Shown in pieces: positions 42,841 to 53,818 of a stretch of 64,000 nt of DNA. The translations under genes and the position numbers were made by a program. The notes under the pieces were generated by a model. It saw only the letters and a program-made list of their open reading frames with translations. It was not told where the DNA came from and ran no database searches. Source of the stretch: Octopus sinensis (lineage: Eukaryota); the NCBI RefSeq assembly GCF_006345805.1, contig NC_043002.1, forward strand, positions 82,646,001-82,710,000, written 5' to 3'. Each line of letters opens with the position of its first letter. Within the stretch, counting starts at the first letter, position 1.

Positions 42841-43784
42841 CGTAGAAAGCCGGACTCGGAGAATCAAGCGGAATCGACCCCCGTCCAGCAGAGGAACCGA
42901 CTCTCAGGCCACGCCCTAATTAAATCACCAAGTTAACGTGGTATGCATCTGAAAATCACATTTGTCTCAGTATTTGGGAATAAATTACGTCACACTATAA
43001 ACGCAATCCATCGATCCGTGCAGTTTGCACAATCAAGACGGCTCCCACAGACCTTGTACCTGACATGTTTTTTAAATAAAGTATCTCTAGTGAATCCATC
43101 TCTCTCCCCACATGACTAACCATCTTTCGTTATCCAGAATTCTCTCAATCCATCTGTTAGGTCACGTGTCCTAGTGGTTAGGGTGGTGCTGTCAAGATTG
43201 CAAGATCAGGGTCTCCATTCCCGAACCGGGCGACGCGTTGTGTTCTTACAGAAAACGCTTCGTTTCACGTTGCCCCAGTCCATTCGGCTGTAAACCTTGC
43301 AGTGGATTGGCGTCCCGTTCAGGAGGTGGGGTTATTCACATCTCGGTCACTCAGTCACCATGGGAACCGAGTAACTGGCCCCATGAGTCCAACGACGCGA
43401 GACTATACTTACTGTACTCATCTATTTACCTCCGTCCCGTGAAGACAACGTCACCTAATGAGCAGAGCATTCGGTTCTCGATCATAAAATCGTGAGTTCA
43501 ACTCCTGGACCGGGTACAGCGTTACGTCCTTGAGCAAGGTACTTCATCAAACACTGCCGCAATCTACTCAGCAGTAATAATAAGTACCATCGGGTGTAGG
43601 GAGGTACTGATGCTTCCCTCCTTCAGCCTCCACCTGTCACAACTCCGACATTCCTCCGTGTCTACCGCAAGAGGATCAAGATGCTGTCCATGTCCGCTCA
43701 CCACTAAATAATTACCCCCAAATAATCAATCATTGATACATTCCAGTACGTGAGGGATGGCTTACTGCACGTTACCTCCATTAA

Positions 43785-44311
43785 CCCATTAACTGCCAAA
43801 TTTTTTTATTCATATTTTTTGCCTTTGCCAGGTGTCTTAGGAGTTAAAATAATATATAGTATTTAAATTTTCTTCATGTGTGAATTATTTTGGTAATTAT
43901 GATAAATTTTTCGACAAGTTCCAAATAGGGATCTCTGAAAAAAGGCACAGTTATCCTTTTTTATTCAGTTGCAATAAACATTTTACAATTTTTTTTTTTT
44001 TTTTTTGAAACTATAGTATCAAATGCGAATGTGTATGAAATATCAATGAATGATACAGATGGGAAATGCGAAACAAAAAACCTTTTCAAAACAGTCAATA
44101 TTTTTGTAATTCAAAAATTGTGATTTATGACATAAAATGTCGCCTAGAATTAACTAGAGCTAACAATGATAAACTTTAATTAATAAATATTGTTAAACAC
44201 ACCTCTGCAAATGCATTGTACATAAGCAATTCACTTTAGCTACAACGAACAACCGGCAGCGTGACTGCTTTTAGCAGAGCCCCAAATGGGGCTCATGGCA
44301 GGCAAAATGGG
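43785..44311. mobile_element. piggyBac-like MITE
   Basis: TTAA at 43781-43784 and 44312-44315; imperfect TIRs CCCATT...TGCCA. Confidence 0.65.
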
Positions 44312-44382
44312 TTAAACAAGCTACACACCTATGTGTACCTTCACTTAACTATCTGCTGTTCTGTCTGTCTGTATGTCCACAG

Positions 44383-44511
44383 TTCGGAGGATTGGAAAGT
44401 TTGATGACAGGGTTCACAGATGAAGTCTCGTTGATACGGCGTCATCGGGAAGTGTTCGTGGCTATCCTTTTATCAGCGTTGTTCTTGCTCGCTCTACCGA
44501 CTACAACTTAT
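44383..44511 (+). CDS. SLC6A4: SERT-like TM8/TM9 exon (FGGLESLMTGFTDEVSLIRRHREVFVAILLSALFLLALPTTTY)
   Basis: CCACAG acceptor and GTAAGT donor, 129 bp, phase 0/0. In frame with both neighbouring exons. Confidence 0.93.
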
Positions 44512-44519
44512 GTAAGTAA

Positions 44520-45230
44520 CTTTTCTTTATTATTGTTGTTGGTGTTGCTGTGGTGGTAGTGGTGGTGGTGGTGATGATGTGGTGGTGTCAGTGGTTGTAT
44601 GGGAAGTAGTGTGTCTGTATTAGTGGTGGTGGTACTGGTGGTGGCGGTGGTATTGGTGGTGGTGGTGGTAGTGGTAATAATAGCAGTTGTAGTAGTAGCA
44701 GCAGCGGCAGTAGTGGTGGTGTCAGTGGTGGTATGGGAAGTAGTGTGTCTGTATTAGTGGTGGTGGTGGTGGTACTGGTGGTGGCGGTGGTTTTGGTGGT
44801 GGTGGTGGTGGCGGTGGTGGTGGTGGTGGTGGTGGTGGCGGTGGTGGTGGTGGTGGTAATAGCAGTAGTAGTAGTGGTTGTTGTAGTAGTGGTGGTGGCA
44901 GTGGTGGTTGTAGTGGTGGTGATGGTGGTGGTAGTAATGGCCGTCGTCGTCGTCGTCGTACTAGTAGTAGTGTTTATGACATAGTTATGTGGTGGTGAAG
45001 TAGTATGGCGCATTGGTGTGTAGTAGAGGTGGTAGTGTATATGGTGTAGCGGTGTGACGGAAGTAGTCATAGTACCAGTGCTTTTATTTGTGTTTGTAGT
45101 GCGATGGAGGCGTGGTGGTGTATTTGGTAATTGTGATGCGGTGGTACCGGAAGTAGTGTGGGAGTTCGCTGGTGATAATGAAAACGTTTGTGTTGCTTGT
45201 TTGTTTGTTTTTGTTGTTGTTGCTTCCACG
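44520..45230. repeat. (GGT/GTA)n low-complexity tract with an internal ~60-bp duplication (~44587 and ~44721)
   Basis: Direct inspection. The Thr/Val-rich ORFs here are artefacts of the repeat. Confidence 0.9.
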
Positions 45231-45277
45231 CCTTAATTGCTTTTGCTAATCATCCGTGTATTTCTGTCTCTACCCAG

Positions 45278-45377
45278 GGTGGACAATACGTGGTGACACT
45301 ACTGGACAGCCATGCAGGCTCTTTCTCGCTGCTTTTCATTTGTTTTGCCGAACTGATAGCGGTCCAGTGGTGCTACG
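45278..45377 (+). CDS. SLC6A4: SERT-like TM10 exon (GGQYVVTLLDSHAGSFSLLFICFAELIAVQWCY-G)
   Basis: CCCAG acceptor and GTGAGT donor, 100 bp, phase 0/1. Typical GGxYV...W.YG pattern. Confidence 0.93.
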
Positions 45378-45676
45378 GTGAGTAATATTAATAAGAACAA
45401 GATATTCCTGACCCCTCGACGGCTGTAATGAGTTCCTTGAGTGGGACCCTTATGTGACCCCTTCACTACTATAGTGAGTTACTCGAATAGGACCCTAGCA
45501 TTTATGACTAAGGAAAAATAGAGCAGCGTTCATGATACTTTTTAGGGTCTCTGAGAGTGATGAAGCAAGAGGAGTGAGCTATTTTGAAACGGGAGAGCCA
45601 GATCCAATGCTTGCACCCAACGCTGAATTAATCATTAAGCAAAACAAGCACGTCCTTAGGGTATCAAGGAATGGGC

Positions 45677-45799
45677 GGGGCATCAAGGGAGGGGTGGGGC
45701 ATCAAGGGAGGGGTGGGGTGTCAATGGAGGGGTGGGGCATCAAAGGAGGGGTGGAGCATCAAGGGAGGAGTGCGGCGTCAAGGGAGGGGTGGAGCATCA
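45677..45799 (+). repeat. 19-bp G-rich minisatellite, ~6.5 copies (GGGGCATCAAGGGAGGGGT)
   Basis: Units start at 45677, 45696, 45715, 45734, 45753, 45772 and 45791. Confidence 0.92.
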
Positions 45800-46250
45800 C
45801 AGAAATGATAAATAGTTTACAGCACCCAAGAAATCACTTTAAACTTGCTAAAATAATAATCGAAGTAGTTTCTATGATGGGAAATATAATTTCAAAGTGT
45901 TCGTGATATCATAGTGAAGTTCTGTATCAAAGAGACTTTGCAATTAAAAAGAAATAAAACCTCTTCAGATCGAAATAAAATGGAAGTATACAAAGATAAT
46001 CGTTATTCTTCATCTTAGGAAGGCGGCGAGCTGGCAGAACCGTTAGCAGGCCGGGCGAAGTGCTTAGCTCGCTGGTGCATTCTGTCCTTCTCTTCTAGAT
46101 TGTGAAAGCTTACCATAACGTTTAATCTAAATACAGAGAAATTTTAAGACTTCATTTTTTATGGGCATATATGGGTTAAGTAATACACACATACATGTGC
46201 GCGTGTTTGTGCGTGTGTATACACACACACACACACACAACACACACACA

Positions 46251-46295
<45 letters not shown>

Positions 46296-46332
46296 TATAT
46301 ATATATATATTATATATATATATATATATACA

Positions 46333-47578
46333 CAAGGGTTGGACAAAAAACCTTAAGTTTCAAACAAATTTATTTCAATATGGGTAGGAACATCTTTGGC
46401 AATAATTACACCTTGAATTCTACGAGGTATGGACACGTACAAAATTTGAATTGTTTCTAAATGAACTTTTGTTCATTCTTCAGCTAAAACAGTTTCCAGT
46501 TCTTGTAGTGATGATGGTGGAGGATATCGACTCCTTACTTATTCTCCTAAAATGTACCATAAATGTTCAATAATAATGAGATCTGGGGACTGTGGTGGCC
46601 AGATAAGATGTTCAACTTCACTAGAATGTTCCTCGTACTATTCAGTTACAACTTTAGCTCTGTGAATTGGTGCATTATCATCCTGAAAGATTGCGTTTCC
46701 CTCCGGAAACAGTTCTGCAACCATAGGATGAATTTGATTAGATAAAATGCTTAAATAATCTTGACTATTAAATCTGCCATGAATGGAAACCATTGGGCCG
46801 GCCGATTTCCAAGATATTGTCCCTAAGATCATTACAGATCCTCCTCCATGTTTAACAGTTGGAAGAAGGTAGTCTGGATCAAATGCTTCTTTTGGCTGTC
46901 TCCCTACGTATACTCGGCCAGTAGTCGGAAATACGGTAAAGGATGACTCGTCCAAGAAAATATTCTTCCACTGCTCTAGGGACCAATTCTGTAGGTTTTT
47001 ACTCCACTCTAAACGCTTTGCAACTTTTGATTTTGAAAGTAGTGGTTTTCTTATTGCAGCCCTCGCGTGAAATCCGGCTTTGTGCAACTCCCAACGAACA
47101 GTTTTTGTGGAAACTGGGTTCTCGAGGTGGTCATTAAGCTCTCTTGTAATTTTGGGAGCTGTATTTTTGTGATCCTTTCTAACAATTCACGTAAGAGTCC
47201 GACGGTCCCTATCTGAAAGTTTTGGTTTTCTTCCGGAGTTTTGTTTCGACGAGAAGGTCTTTCTCAAAGGCTGTCATTACTTTCAAGACAGTACTTCTTG
47301 ATTCGCCAAACATTTCAGCAGTTTTCGTTACGCTAGCGTCTGTCATACGAGCACCAGCAATTTGACCTCTTTGAAAGTCAAATAGATCTGTCATTTTAAT
47401 GAATTTTAATTACCTCTTTCTGATGATATCTGAAAAGAAACAGCAATTTTAGCAAAACATATTAAGCAACACTAATAATAAACCAAAAAAAATAAATAAT
47501 AAATAAACAAGCTTTTGACGGTTTTAGAGATACCGCAAAATTATGATTCTATAATGCTAGCTGTTTCCATTATTTTGT
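46333..47578 (-). mobile_element. Tc1-family transposon, degenerate, both TIRs damaged
   Basis: ORF 47209-47394 (DFQRGQIAGAR..) and ORF 46638-47087 (KPLL..., DESSF, TVKHGGGSVM, FQDDNAPIH). Confidence 0.92.
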
Positions 47579-48157
47579 TGGACAGTGGTTTGTCCCTGCA
47601 TTATACTGGTCAGTCTCTGAAATAAATGGTACAACGAAGTACCGATATTTACTGGAAAATAGCAACCGTAATAAATACTACGCTATATATATATATACAA
47701 TGTGTGAGAAAACGCGAAGAAAGTATGGTATAGATAACGACATAGTACTCAGAAAGATGACAACTTAAAATGTTACTACTTCATCGAGGTCTGATGCCTC
47801 TGGCGTCAAGCGTTAGCTCTAGGAATGATCCTCGTCGAGCTTATATGAAAATAGAAAGGCAGATAAACACCACTAAACTGAATGTCTCATGGTGCTCCCG
47901 AAACGGCTGTTAAGATATGACTTTTACTTTATTTCTTCTTTCCACATAAATATAAGCATAAGCCTACTCGAGTTTATCTGCCTTTCTACTTCACACACAC
48001 ACTCGTTCATATACGCACACATATGCCAACACTAACATCATCATCAACATCATCGTCGTCAACATCATTATTACAAACACTACCACCACTGCTAACAACA
48101 ACAACATCGCTGTCATTATCATCATCATCATCTTCTTCCTTGTTGACATTGTTACAG

Positions 48158-48258
48158 GTGTGAAGCGGTTCTCGAACGATGTTGAAAAGATGATTGGTCG
48201 TCAACCATCCCTCTACTGGAAATTCTGTTGGGCAGCGGTTTGTCCCTGCATTATACTG
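48158..48258 (+). CDS. SLC6A4: SERT-like IL5/TM11 exon (G-VKRFSNDVEKMIGRQPSLYWKFCWAAVCPCIIL)
   Basis: TTACAG acceptor and GTCAGT donor, 101 bp, phase 1/0. RF..DV..MIG..P..YW..CW motif. Confidence 0.93.
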
Positions 48259-48794
48259 GTCAGTCTCTAAAACTGTTTCTTTGTCCACTTTCAAATTAAT
48301 CAACAAACGACAACAATGAGGAACATTTAAAAACAAAAGCTTCTAAAACAGTGAACGAATTATTGAATTTAACATCAGAAATCAAATTTTAAATTAATTT
48401 ATCAATCTGCTTAACTGAGCATATTCTTAAATTACGACGTGGGGATGATAGATTTTTCAGAAAAAGAAAACATATGTATACCAGCATACATATTACAAAT
48501 GCAATTTGTAAGAGGAACAGTTAAAATATGCAAGACTTTTATCAAGTTTAAGACGTGACATTGTAATCTATATTCTAACGACGGAAACTTGTACCTTTGT
48601 TAGAAACCAGTTCCTTCCTCAGAGGAAGACTTCAAATAATTAAAACAGAAAATACAAATACACACACACACACACAATTATATACCTACCTACATATATA
48701 TACATACACATACATACATGTTGAATATTTCTTCTCTATACGATCTGGTGACATGTAGAGTCCACCAAAAGACCGATTAAAAGAAACCTTAACC

Positions 48795-48889
<95 letters not shown>

Positions 48890-49138
48890 AGGGTGAAAAA
48901 ATTGGATATTAATTTAATAATAACATCAATTTAACACCAAGTGGTTTAGCGCATAAAAACTAGGGATACAGTAAAAATTAATACACGAATACAAGAGAGT
49001 GTCCACTATGTGGTCGACTCTTGCGCTAAAAATAGATCCGCTATGGTCTCAAACTCCAAGAATTGGTGGTTGAGACCATAGCGGATCTATTTTTAGCACA
49101 GGAGTCGACCACATAGTGGACACTCTCTTATATTCAAC

Positions 49139-49195
<57 letters not shown>

Positions 49196-49431
49196 GAATG
49201 TATGTATGTTATATATGTATATATGTATGTTTGTAGTATGTATATGCATATATGTATGTATGTGTATATATATATATCTATATATATATATATATATATA
49301 ATATATATATAATATATATATATATAAAATCAGGGTGAATACTTGATAATTGTAAGCACCTGTATATACCATTTAGTGGTGTAGGTGATAGAGTATATTA
49401 ATCAAAATAAAAACATGATGCCAAGGATTCG

Positions 49432-49509
49432 GCGGTACATATGTTTCGGGCCTTTATTAGACGGTTTTATAACAATGCATAATGTGTGTCTATGGCCTTC
49501 TTCAGCCGC
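49432..49509 (-). ncRNA. Type I hammerhead ribozyme, left arm of the palindrome
   Basis: Minus strand reads GCGG-CUGAAGA-A-GGCC..UAGAC/GUCUA..GGCC-C-GAAA-CAUAU-GUA-CCGC. Stem III (ACAUAUGU) is palindromic. Confidence 0.75.
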
Positions 49510-50115
49510 GTACAATTACTACTTCAAGGACATGTATTACATTATAAGTTTTACGTTGGGGATGCAAATCCTTATAGTCGCGTACGACAGAGTGGGGCAC
49601 CAATACAAAAACGAAGCGTCCATCCCGTCTTTCACTCGATGTAGAATGAGGAAGTTTGGATGTTGAGATAGAGAGGGAAGTGGTTGGAGGGTTGAATCTT
49701 TAGTGAGTTAGGGATCACAAAGAGGGAGGGTGCTAAAGGTAGTAAAAGAGTAAAAAATTACAAAAGAGTAAAAAATTTAAAAATATATAAAAAAGATATA
49801 AAAAAGATACCTTTTTTTATATTCTTATATCTTTTTTATATATTTTTTCAATTTTTACTCTTTTGTAATTTTTTACTCTTTTACTACCTTTAGCACCCTC
49901 CCTCTTTGTGATCCCTAACTCACTAAAGATTCAACCCCCCAACATCTTCCCTCTCTATCTCAACATCCAAACTTCCTCATTCTACATCGAGTGAAAGACG
50001 GGATGGACGCTTCGTTTTTGTGTTGGTGCCCCACTCTGTCGTACGCGACTATGAGGATTTGCATCCCCAACGTAAAATTATAATGTAATACATGTCCTTG
50101 AAGTAGTAATTGTAC

Positions 50116-50191
50116 GCGGCTGAAGAAGGCCATAGACCACATTATGCATTGTTATAAAACCGTCTAATAAAGCCCGAAACATATGTACCGC
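50116..50191 (+). ncRNA. Type I hammerhead ribozyme, right arm of the palindrome (sense to the host gene)
   Basis: GCGG-CTGAAGA (50120)...GCCC-GAAA (50176)-CATAT-GTA-CCGC. Stem II has one G fewer than the left-arm copy. Confidence 0.7.
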
Positions 50192-50332
50192 CGAATCCTG
50201 GCATCATGTTTTTATTTTGATTATATACTCTATCACCTACACCACTAAATGGTATGTACCGCCGAATCCTTGGCATCATGTTTTTATTTTGATTAATATA
50301 CTCTATCACCTACACCATATATATATATATAG

Positions 50333-50378
<46 letters not shown>

Positions 50379-51095
50379 TAAGCAGTTATAATAACCGACT
50401 AAGGGATAAAATATCCATATATACTATCGGTATCTGTTACCCGTATTATCTATGTGCATTAGTATGCAGACTTGCAGGCACACTATGCACGTAGATTGTT
50501 GGCAACAACAGGATAAACTAAAGTTTATCAGGAAACAAATACAGATATTCAGAAATTGGAGAAAGTGATTATATATATAATATATATATATGAGTAAATG
50601 TAATGAGAAGCAAGTCGATTTACGCAAAATATTAAACACATTAAAAAAAAATGTACACGTGCATGGATATAAAATGATTCGACTTAAAGAATTTAAATGA
50701 AATCAGGAGCTAAATGGTTTAAAGATTACATCTCTAAGCTCCATCCTATCAACAATTCGAATGTAAAATTCTCCCCTGAAGACGGCGGTGTTGTTATCCG
50801 TTAATAAGTCCAAGTAACTATCATTCTTCTGGCCCACCAAGACCCCAGAAACAGCTGTTGCACTTGTAAAACACTACATATTTAACTCCTTATATCATTA
50901 ATATTCTGTAAGTCGGACCATTTTATATCCATACACATGTACATGTTTTTCTATTAAATGTGTCTAATATTCTGTGTAAATCAACTCCCCCAACTTGCTT
51001 CTCATTACATTTACCCATCTACCGGCTCAAGTTCAAATTTCTTGAGCACTTCGAAGTGTATTCTATATACAGAACACCTGTCTCTAACCTGTAAT

Positions 51096-51128
<33 letters not shown>

Positions 51129-51185
51129 GTATCCACACACACACACACACACACAATATATATATATATAATAATATATATATAT

Positions 51186-51220
<35 letters not shown>

Positions 51221-51485
51221 AAAATTGAGGGAGATAAATTAATATTAATTTTAATATCAATTTAAAACCAGTAGTCCAGCATTCAAAAAATCTGAGGAGT
51301 CAGAGAAAATTCAAATATATGTGTATATTGGCAGGGCTGGCCTGCTAGGTAGCCGGCCAGAATGCTAGAAATAGATCATCAACGATCAAACTATAAGGGG
51401 AATTCTCTAGAGGAAGAATTCAGCGAACACCAGAACCAAATTTGGCGGGCAGGACATATGAAAAATTAAATAAAAAACAGACTTA

Positions 51486-51561
51486 AATGCATACCTCGGT
51501 TTCGGTCTTAACAAAAAAATTACTTGCATAATTCAAGTGTCCGTGACTTCTTCAGTACATT
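51486..51561 (-). ncRNA. Type I hammerhead ribozyme, array unit 1
   Basis: Minus strand reads AAUGUA-CUGAAGA-A-GUC..(ACUUG/CAAGU)..GAC-C-GAAA-CC-GA-G-GUA-UGCAUU. Stem I has 6 bp, the core is intact and the cleavage triplet is GUA. Confidence 0.8.
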
Positions 51562-52024
51562 CGGGCCTCGAGATGCAAACCGCAAGACTAACCCCAGCTC
51601 TCTGTGTCAAGACAGACACGTGCTTAGTCTTACTGATTACATCGGGAATAAAATTTCAAATGTCTTGGTTCCGGCGCGCTAAGAGACTCCTGAAGCGAAG
51701 GGCTGCAGTGAATAATTCACTGCGGGTAAAGCTTACTACTAGGGAACGTATTTATTTAAATATTTAAAAATTGAAAGAGATAAATTAATATTAATTTTAA
51801 TATCAATTTAAAACCAGTAGTCCAGCATTCAAAAAATCTGAGGAGTCAGAGAAAATTCAATATATGTGTATATTGGCAGGGCTGGCCTGCTAGGTAGCCG
51901 GCCAGAATGCTAGAAATAGATCATCAACGATCAACTACAAGGAAATTCTCTAGAGGAAGAATTCAGCGAACACCAGAACCAAATTTGGCGGGCAGGACAT
52001 ATGAAAAATTAAATAACAGACTTA

Positions 52025-52098
52025 AATGCATACCTCGGTTTCGGTCTTAACAAAAAATTACTTGCATATTCAAGTGTCCGTGACTTCTTCAGTACATT
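52025..52098 (-). ncRNA. Type I hammerhead ribozyme, array unit 2
   Basis: Same motif as unit 1. Predicted cleavage site lies 539 nt from that of unit 1. Confidence 0.8.
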
Positions 52099-52569
52099 CG
52101 GTCCTCGAGATGCAAACCGCAAGACTAACCCCAGCTCTCTGTGTCAAGACAGACACGTGCTTAGTCTTACTGATTACATCGGGAATAAAATTTCAAATGT
52201 CTTGGTTCCGGCACGCTAAGAGACTCCTGAAGCGAAGGGCTGCAGTGAAAATTCACTGCGGGTAAAGCTTACTACTAGGGAACGTATTTATTTAAATATT
52301 TAAAAATTGAGGGAGATAAATTAATATTAATTTTAATATCAATTTAAAACCAGTAGTCCAGCATTCAAAAAATTCTGAGGAGTCAGAGAAAATTCAAATA
52401 TATGATGTTATATTGGCAGGGCTGGCCTGCTAGGTAGCCGGCAGAATGCTAGAAATAGATCATCAACGATCAAACTATAAGGGAAATTCTCTAGAGGAAG
52501 AATTCAGCGAACACCAGAACCAAATTTGGCGGGCAGGACATATGAAAAATTAAATAAAAAACAGACTTA

Positions 52570-52645
52570 AATGCATACCTCGGTTTCGGTCTTAACAAAA
52601 AAATTACTTGCATAATTCAAGTGTCCGTGACTTCTTCAGTACATT
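52570..52645 (-). ncRNA. Type I hammerhead ribozyme, array unit 3
   Basis: Same motif as unit 1. Predicted cleavage site lies 545 nt from that of unit 2. Confidence 0.8.
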
Positions 52646-52788
52646 CGGTCCTCGAGATGCAAACCGCAAGACTAACCCCAGCTCTCTGTGTCAAGACAGA
52701 CACGTGCTTAGTCTTACTGATTACAGTTTGATCGTTGATGATCTATTTCTAGCATTCTGGTCGGCTACCTAGCAGGCCAGCCCTGCCA

Positions 52789-52820
<32 letters not shown>

Positions 52821-52827
<7 letters not shown>

Positions 52828-53147
52828 TGAGAATGTGCGTCTGTCTATCTGTGTGTTTCCCTAAAACTTGAGAACTACACAACCAATTTCATTCAAATTT
52901 TACACATGCCTTACTTAGGGTCCGGGGAGTGTCATCGGCAAAAAATTTTAACTTTTTGCCTAGGGCGAGCCCACAGCAATATCATATCTTCTCTACTACG
53001 ATTCCCTAAAACTTGAGAACTACACAACTAATTTCATTCAAATTTTACACATACCTTACTTAGGGTCCATGTAGTTTCATGGGCAAAAAAAAATGTTCAA
53101 CTTCTTGCTTAGAGCGAGCCCATAGCAATATCATATCTTCTCCACTA
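52821..53147 (+). mobile_element. Helitron/HINE-like non-autonomous element with an internal ~145-bp direct repeat
   Basis: CTGTCT-like tract and ACCAATTTCATTCAAATTTTACAC motif. Repeat units start at 52857 and 53002. Confidence 0.5.
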
Positions 53148-53428
53148 TTTCAGTATTACGTGTTAAAAGTGAAACAAAAATATTTTTCTATTTTATGTCA
53201 GATACTTTCACTTTAACAATAAAAATAATAATAACAATTGAATTATATGTAGTAAGTAATAATTAAAATCAAGCTAAATTATAATATAATCGTAACATAA
53301 CAAAACTAAAAATAGTAATTGGTATAAAATTGCATCAATGATTTGAACTTGAATAAGTGGTTTCACATGTATTATCTTATTTTGGGAAGTTCATTAATTT
53401 ATATCCGTTTGTCGTTCACTATTTCCAG

Positions 53429-53596
53429 GGGATGTTCTGCCTGTCAATCTACAGCTACACGGGTATAACTCTGGGCGATTATCAATTCCCCAAATGGGCC
53501 GAAAAAGTTGGTTGGACTGTGTCGTGTTCCTCGATGATCGGGATCCCTGTCTACATCATTTATAAAATCATATCAACAGCAGTGACACGCGAAATG
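53429..53596 (+). CDS. SLC6A4: SERT-like TM12 exon (GMFCLSIYSYTGITLGDYQFPKWAEKVGWTVSCSSMIGIPVYIIYKIISTAVTREM)
   Basis: TTTCCAG acceptor and GTAACC donor, 168 bp, phase 0/0. Y.FP.W...GW....S....IP.Y motif. Confidence 0.9.
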
Positions 53597-53656
53597 GTAA
53601 CCTTTAAAGTACTCTCGCCCTCACTCCTTCTCACTCTCTGTCTGTCTCTCTCAAGC

Positions 53657-53687
<31 letters not shown>

Positions 53688-53759
53688 TTCTCTATTCTTT
53701 ACTATCCCTTGCTCTCACTCACTCTCTCGCGTTCTCTGTCTCACTCCCTCACTCCCTCC

Positions 53760-53818
<59 letters not shown>

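Larger units (their letters stand above)
49367..50254. repeat. ~890-bp near-perfect palindrome (arms ~430 bp, spacer about 30 nt or less)
   Basis: 49367-~49796 is the reverse complement of ~49826-50254 with few differences. It is followed by a ~63-bp direct repeat (50182-50244 / 50253-50317). Confidence 0.95.
51221..52800 (-). repeat. Tandem array of a ~540-bp unit (2.8 copies) with a terminal inverted segment; hammerhead-bearing, Penelope pLTR/retrozyme-like
   Basis: Units start at 51221, 51767 and 52303 and differ mostly by small indels. 52725-52800 is the reverse complement of unit positions ~51316-51391. (TA)n flanks on both sides. Confidence 0.9.

Noticed and set aside
51292-51308. Plus-strand CTGAGGA...GAAA in each array unit as a second-polarity hammerhead
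   Set aside because: No stem II, stem III or stem I can be drawn; TCTGA/TCAGA forms a local hairpin instead.
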